Source: an uncultured archaeon (lineage in GTDB: Archaea; Asgardarchaeota; Heimdallarchaeia; Heimdallarchaeales; Heimdallarchaeaceae). From it: a stretch of 19,614 nucleotides of DNA. Position 1 is the stretch's first letter. Each line of letters starts with the position of its first letter. A model generated the notes under the pieces. That model did no database searches and had not been told where the DNA came from. It was given only the letters and a program-made list of their open reading frames with translations. The translations under genes and the position numbers were made by a program. The stretch is taken from positions 1-19,614 of the forward strand of contig CAZHRF010000050.1 in NCBI GenBank assembly GCA_964534625.1. The letters run 5' to 3'. Below, one piece after another: positions 16,270 through 19,614 of the stretch.

Positions 16270-19137
16270 CTAGTCTCTCTTCATTTTTTTATTGTATGTA
16301 TGTACTATTATCCCACCTATCAACATTGATAGACTAATCATTGTAATTGGGGCGAAAGAGATTCTATTCATTTCTTCTTCTGTCTCTTCAGTCTCTGGAG
16401 TAGTTTGATCGGTTTGTGTTTCATCACTATGTTCAATTTCGAAAGAGATAGTCTCACTTTCTACAACATTGCCAGATGTATCAGAGGCAAAAATATAGAA
16501 CTCTATAGTTGTTTCTGCTTCAAATGGACCAATTGTGGTAGAATAAATGGAACCATCAGCTGTCATCGCTTTATGTTGCCAATTTTCTTCATTAGTCCGA
16601 TAATACAATTTTACATTTTCTAACTCCACGTTATCTGTTACGTGAGCAGTAATAGAAATTTGGTCATCATCAGTAGGAGAACTAGGAGAGTAAACTATAT
16701 CCTGGATTGTAGGAGCTATGTCATCTTCAGGAATATTGTATATTTGAAAAGGTATTAGTTGACCAATTGATAATCCATTATTGTCTTGTGCTATAAAGTT
16801 TAATTGATAATAGCCGTTTACATAATTAGTTGTATCTAATGTAACTATTAACTCGTCTGTCGAAGTATTATACTCTATTCCTTGTATAGTCATTGAAATG
16901 CTTTTTATTCCAGAATAATCTGAAGCTTGGGCAGTAATTGTGATGTTCCCTGAAACTTTTTCTTCTTCAGATATACCATATACTGATAGTTCTGGGGATA
17001 CATTGTCAAAATTGACCTTGTAGATATTTAACCCGAGCAGAGATCCAATATACAGTTTACTATTTGTGGAACAGTAATCCATTCTTGAGATAAAATAGGT
17101 AGATAATCCATGTTCTTCACCTTCCCACTTTAATAAATTATTTGTACGATTATATGCATACAATCCTCTATTTGTTGAAAAGAAAATTTCATTTCTTGTA
17201 GGTATGTAGTATATGTCATTTACAGTAGGTATCCATGATGAAGAATGAGAAAAATCTTCGAAGGTTTTGGTGGTGGGATCATATATCCTTACTAAAGGAT
17301 GTGTATCTAGTCCAATCCATATTTTTCCTTCAATCAAAGCTACTGTTTTTATATTTCCTTCAGTTTCAAAGTATTTCTGTTCAACTTCTAGGGTTTCTAA
17401 ATTAAAGATAACAAGACCTAAATTTGTAGCAACATATAATAGATCATCTGAGGGATCATGTAAAGTCTTTTCTACAGTAAGAAGAGATTTATTAAATCCA
17501 AAATTATGTACTGTGTAATTTTCAGTTATCCGATTATAAATGATTAATGAGCCATTGCTTCCACCTGGCGATTGATAAGGATCCTTGCTCCCTACTGAAT
17601 AATAAATGAGCGTATCATTAGGAGATGAAGATATGTCTTTTATGTGTCCGTATTCATCAAATGGGAGAGATAATTCAGAATAGTTACCAGCTGTAATATT
17701 GTACTGGTAGCGGTGATGAAACATTAATCTATCAGCTATTAGAAGTTCACCTGCAGTAGACCCTCCAGAACCTGGTGCTTCAATGAGTAGCTCAATGTGC
17801 TTTGTATGGGGATCAACTCGGTTTAATCCTAAAAGAGTGGAAATAAATAGTTTATCCTCTTGAGGATCATAATTAACATCAGAAGCAATATTATGAGCTA
17901 ATCCTTCAATTGGACTTTGTGTAAGGTTGGATGTGCCTTCGGGGTCAAAATCCAGTATTTGGATTCTGCGAACAGTACCAATAACTATTTCTCTTGTAGA
18001 ATTGATTAAGGCACTTGTTGCCAATAATCCTTCAATATACGGATCTGTATCTAAGAATGGTAATGTTGAACTACCCGCTCCATGCTGAGAACGGGTTATC
18101 CCTTGCATTGTTGTAATGTTAAAAATATACAATCCACATTCAGCATTGGGTGTATAGAAAGACGCTACATATCCGTAGTCACGAAGTGGATCTAAGACCA
18201 AACTGCTTACAAACATCGGATTGAAATCGCCTGTTGTAAGTGTATAATTGTGAACAGTATTATTATTTAGAAAAATAACCGATAATCCGCCACTAAGTGA
18301 CATTTCCTCTGAATCATCAACTGTATGGAAAAACAGTCTGTTATATTCGGGAGAATGCTTAACCAGACGAGTAAAATTGTATGCCATACCATCATCAGTA
18401 GAGAAGTGTGTGGTTGTATTGGTTGTTGTATTTAAGGCATAAATACCCGAAGTTGAACCAAAATAAAAGATTTCATTATCTTCATCTTGATCAATAGCTA
18501 ATAACCCATCTGAAGGAATATCGAATTCAGTATGGTCGACTTGTTTCTCGTTAATAGGATCATAGATATAAAGCCCAGTGTCTGGAGCAGCTACCCAAAG
18601 ATAATGAGTAGAAGGATCAACATACATATTGTGTGCAGTACTGAACCCTAAAGACCCAAGTCCTATATGCGCAATAAATTCCACTTCATAAGGAATTCGG
18701 GAATAGTTTAATACATCTAAACTGATAATGGTCTCAATGTATAAGAGTTTGAGCTCTATATCGATGGCTAATCCTATAATATGGGATTCAGATAACCCAA
18801 TTTCTATTCCATAATCAGAACGATTGGTAAGATCGTCTAATTGGATAACAGCTAACCCCTTGTGGGAGTTCGTAAAGATCACATTGTCTTCTTCACTTAT
18901 TGCTAAAGCAGTATGACCTGGAGATCCATAAATAGTCGAAAAAGCTGTTTCTTCACTGGCTAATAAATTAATAGTATTTAGTTGTGCATTATGGCTTTGA
19001 GAGAGATGAGTAGAAGAAGAATTGACCAGATTTTTCCGAATAATAGAATCGTTTCTAGAAACGATAGGAGTGGTAATTAGTGAAAATAACAATATGAAAC
19101 TAATAAAGACAAAAACTGTCTGTTTAAAAGGTTTCAT
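16270..19137 (-). CDS. Secreted, C-terminally anchored surface protein with beta-propeller repeats (two-component regulator propeller-like) and two Ig-like domains
   Basis: Signal peptide; blade motifs GLSESHIIGLAID, DDGMAYNFTR, GLAHNIASDV, GLSTYFISRMD and repeated G(L/I)y(I/A)(y/f)(D/N) strands; Ig-like VSGNITITAQASD..G domain; Ig-like domain homologous to the protease repeats; T/E-rich linker, TM helix and KKMKRD tail. Confidence 0.8.
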   Translation of the reverse strand: MKPFKQTVFVFISFILLFSLITTPIVSRNDSIIRKNLVNSSSTHLSQSHNAQLNTINLLASEETAFSTIYGSPGHTALAISEEDNVIFTNSHKGLAVIQLDDLTNRSDYGIEIGLSESHIIGLAIDIELKLLYIETIISLDVLNYSRIPYEVEFIAHIGLGSLGFSTAHNMYVDPSTHYLWVAAPDTGLYIYDPINEKQVDHTEFDIPSDGLLAIDQDEDNEIFYFGSTSGIYALNTTTNTTTHFSTDDGMAYNFTRLVKHSPEYNRLFFHTVDDSEEMSLSGGLSVIFLNNNTVHNYTLTTGDFNPMFVSSLVLDPLRDYGYVASFYTPNAECGLYIFNITTMQGITRSQHGAGSSTLPFLDTDPYIEGLLATSALINSTREIVIGTVRRIQILDFDPEGTSNLTQSPIEGLAHNIASDVNYDPQEDKLFISTLLGLNRVDPHTKHIELLIEAPGSGGSTAGELLIADRLMFHHRYQYNITAGNYSELSLPFDEYGHIKDISSSPNDTLIYYSVGSKDPYQSPGGSNGSLIIYNRITENYTVHNFGFNKSLLTVEKTLHDPSDDLLYVATNLGLVIFNLETLEVEQKYFETEGNIKTVALIEGKIWIGLDTHPLVRIYDPTTKTFEDFSHSSSWIPTVNDIYYIPTRNEIFFSTNRGLYAYNRTNNLLKWEGEEHGLSTYFISRMDYCSTNSKLYIGSLLGLNIYKVNFDNVSPELSVYGISEEEKVSGNITITAQASDYSGIKSISMTIQGIEYNTSTDELIVTLDTTNYVNGYYQLNFIAQDNNGLSIGQLIPFQIYNIPEDDIAPTIQDIVYSPSSPTDDDQISITAHVTDNVELENVKLYYRTNEENWQHKAMTADGSIYSTTIGPFEAETTIEFYIFASDTSGNVVESETISFEIEHSDETQTDQTTPETEETEEEMNRISFAPITMISLSMLIGGIIVHTYNKKMKRD

Positions 19138-19158
19138 AATAATAAATAGACATGGTAC

Positions 19159-19166
19159 TATATAAA
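19159..19166 (-). promoter_or_regulatory. Putative TATA box for the beta-propeller gene
   Basis: Minus strand TTTATATA 22-29 nt upstream of ATG 19137. Confidence 0.4.
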
Positions 19167-19331
19167 GTATGATTAATAGATGAAAGTTTAGTACAAATTG
19201 ATACCTGGCTTTATTGTAATTATTAATTATTACTCAAGTTAAATTTAGTGGCCAAGCATAATCTTTTTCTTTCACAATATTTTTATGTTCTGGTTAAGAT
19301 ATTCTATAGTATGAAACTAATATTTAGAGTT

Positions 19332-19614
19332 ATGAATAAAGATACTATCGAGTCAACTTTTTCGAATATGGCAGATCATTTTAAGACCGATGTTCACGCA
19401 GATGATTATGGTTACTCCTACATTATTTCAAAACCGAATAAATTACAAATTGCTCAAAAAGAGGTTAAAGGAGAATACCAAGTTTATGTTTGGGGTGCAA
19501 ATGAAGAACAATTGGGTTACTTCAAATCCGTTTTAGGTGACCCTCTTAAAATAGTTGAAGAAAAATTGTCTCCAGTAGATTTTGCAAAAGAATTAGCAAA
19601 CATACCCGATGTTG
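19332..19614 (+). CDS. Hypothetical protein, partial (runs off the window end)
   Basis: Own translation from ATG 19332: MNKDTIESTFSNMADHFKTDVHADDYGYSYIISKPNKLQIAQKEVKGEYQVYVWGANEEQLGYFKSVLGDPLKIVEEKLSPVDFAKELANIPDV; 94 codons with no stop in AT-rich DNA. Confidence 0.75.
   Translation, partial: MNKDTIESTFSNMADHFKTDVHADDYGYSYIISKPNKLQIAQKEVKGEYQVYVWGANEEQLGYFKSVLGDPLKIVEEKLSPVDFAKELANIPDV

Noticed and set aside
458-17518. Small ORFs in the track: 458-805, 1588-1779, 3447-3647, 4701-4901, 5279-5536, 6046-6237, 6185-6826, 10384-10644, 12278-12580, 14303-14554, 14758-15057, 16405-16623, 17267-17518
   Set aside because: They are antisense or off-frame shadows of well-supported genes (1588-1779 is mostly intergenic) and show no recognisable motifs.
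1-19614. CRISPR arrays, tRNA/rRNA genes, transposases or integrases
   Set aside because: No repeat-spacer periodicity, no GC-rich structural RNA gene and no DDE or tyrosine-recombinase motifs were seen.

Overview
AT-rich (about 30% GC) chromosomal window that looks archaeal. TATA-like boxes sit 22-31 nt upstream of several start codons, oligo-T tracts follow genes, and the histidine kinases are orphans. Together with large C-terminally anchored surface proteins this suggests an Asgard archaeon (inference, not proven). Gene order: membrane sensor histidine kinase (+); DEAD-box RNA helicase (+) with a strongly structured leader; decayed histidine kinase (-); HpaII-type (probably CCGG) restriction-modification cassette vsr > C5-methyltransferase > endonuclease (-); HGSNAT/DUF1624-like membrane acyltransferase (-); KNTase-like nucleotidyltransferase (+); long-form SppA (+); multidomain surface subtilase with a recent 297-bp domain duplication (-); beta-propeller/Ig surface protein (-); partial hypothetical ORF at the right edge. 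The most notable observation is that the M.HpaII-like methyltransferase carries an extra ~125-aa C-terminal region ending in a PIP-box-like motif (QNRKLDSYF). This suggests a PCNA-tethered, replication-coupled CpG-context methyltransferase, reminiscent of DNMT1. Other leads: a shared ISF-TM-basic C-terminal sorting signal on the two surface proteins, an 18-bp G-U-containing hairpin in the helicase leader, and a VUT-transporter-like sensor domain on the kinase.
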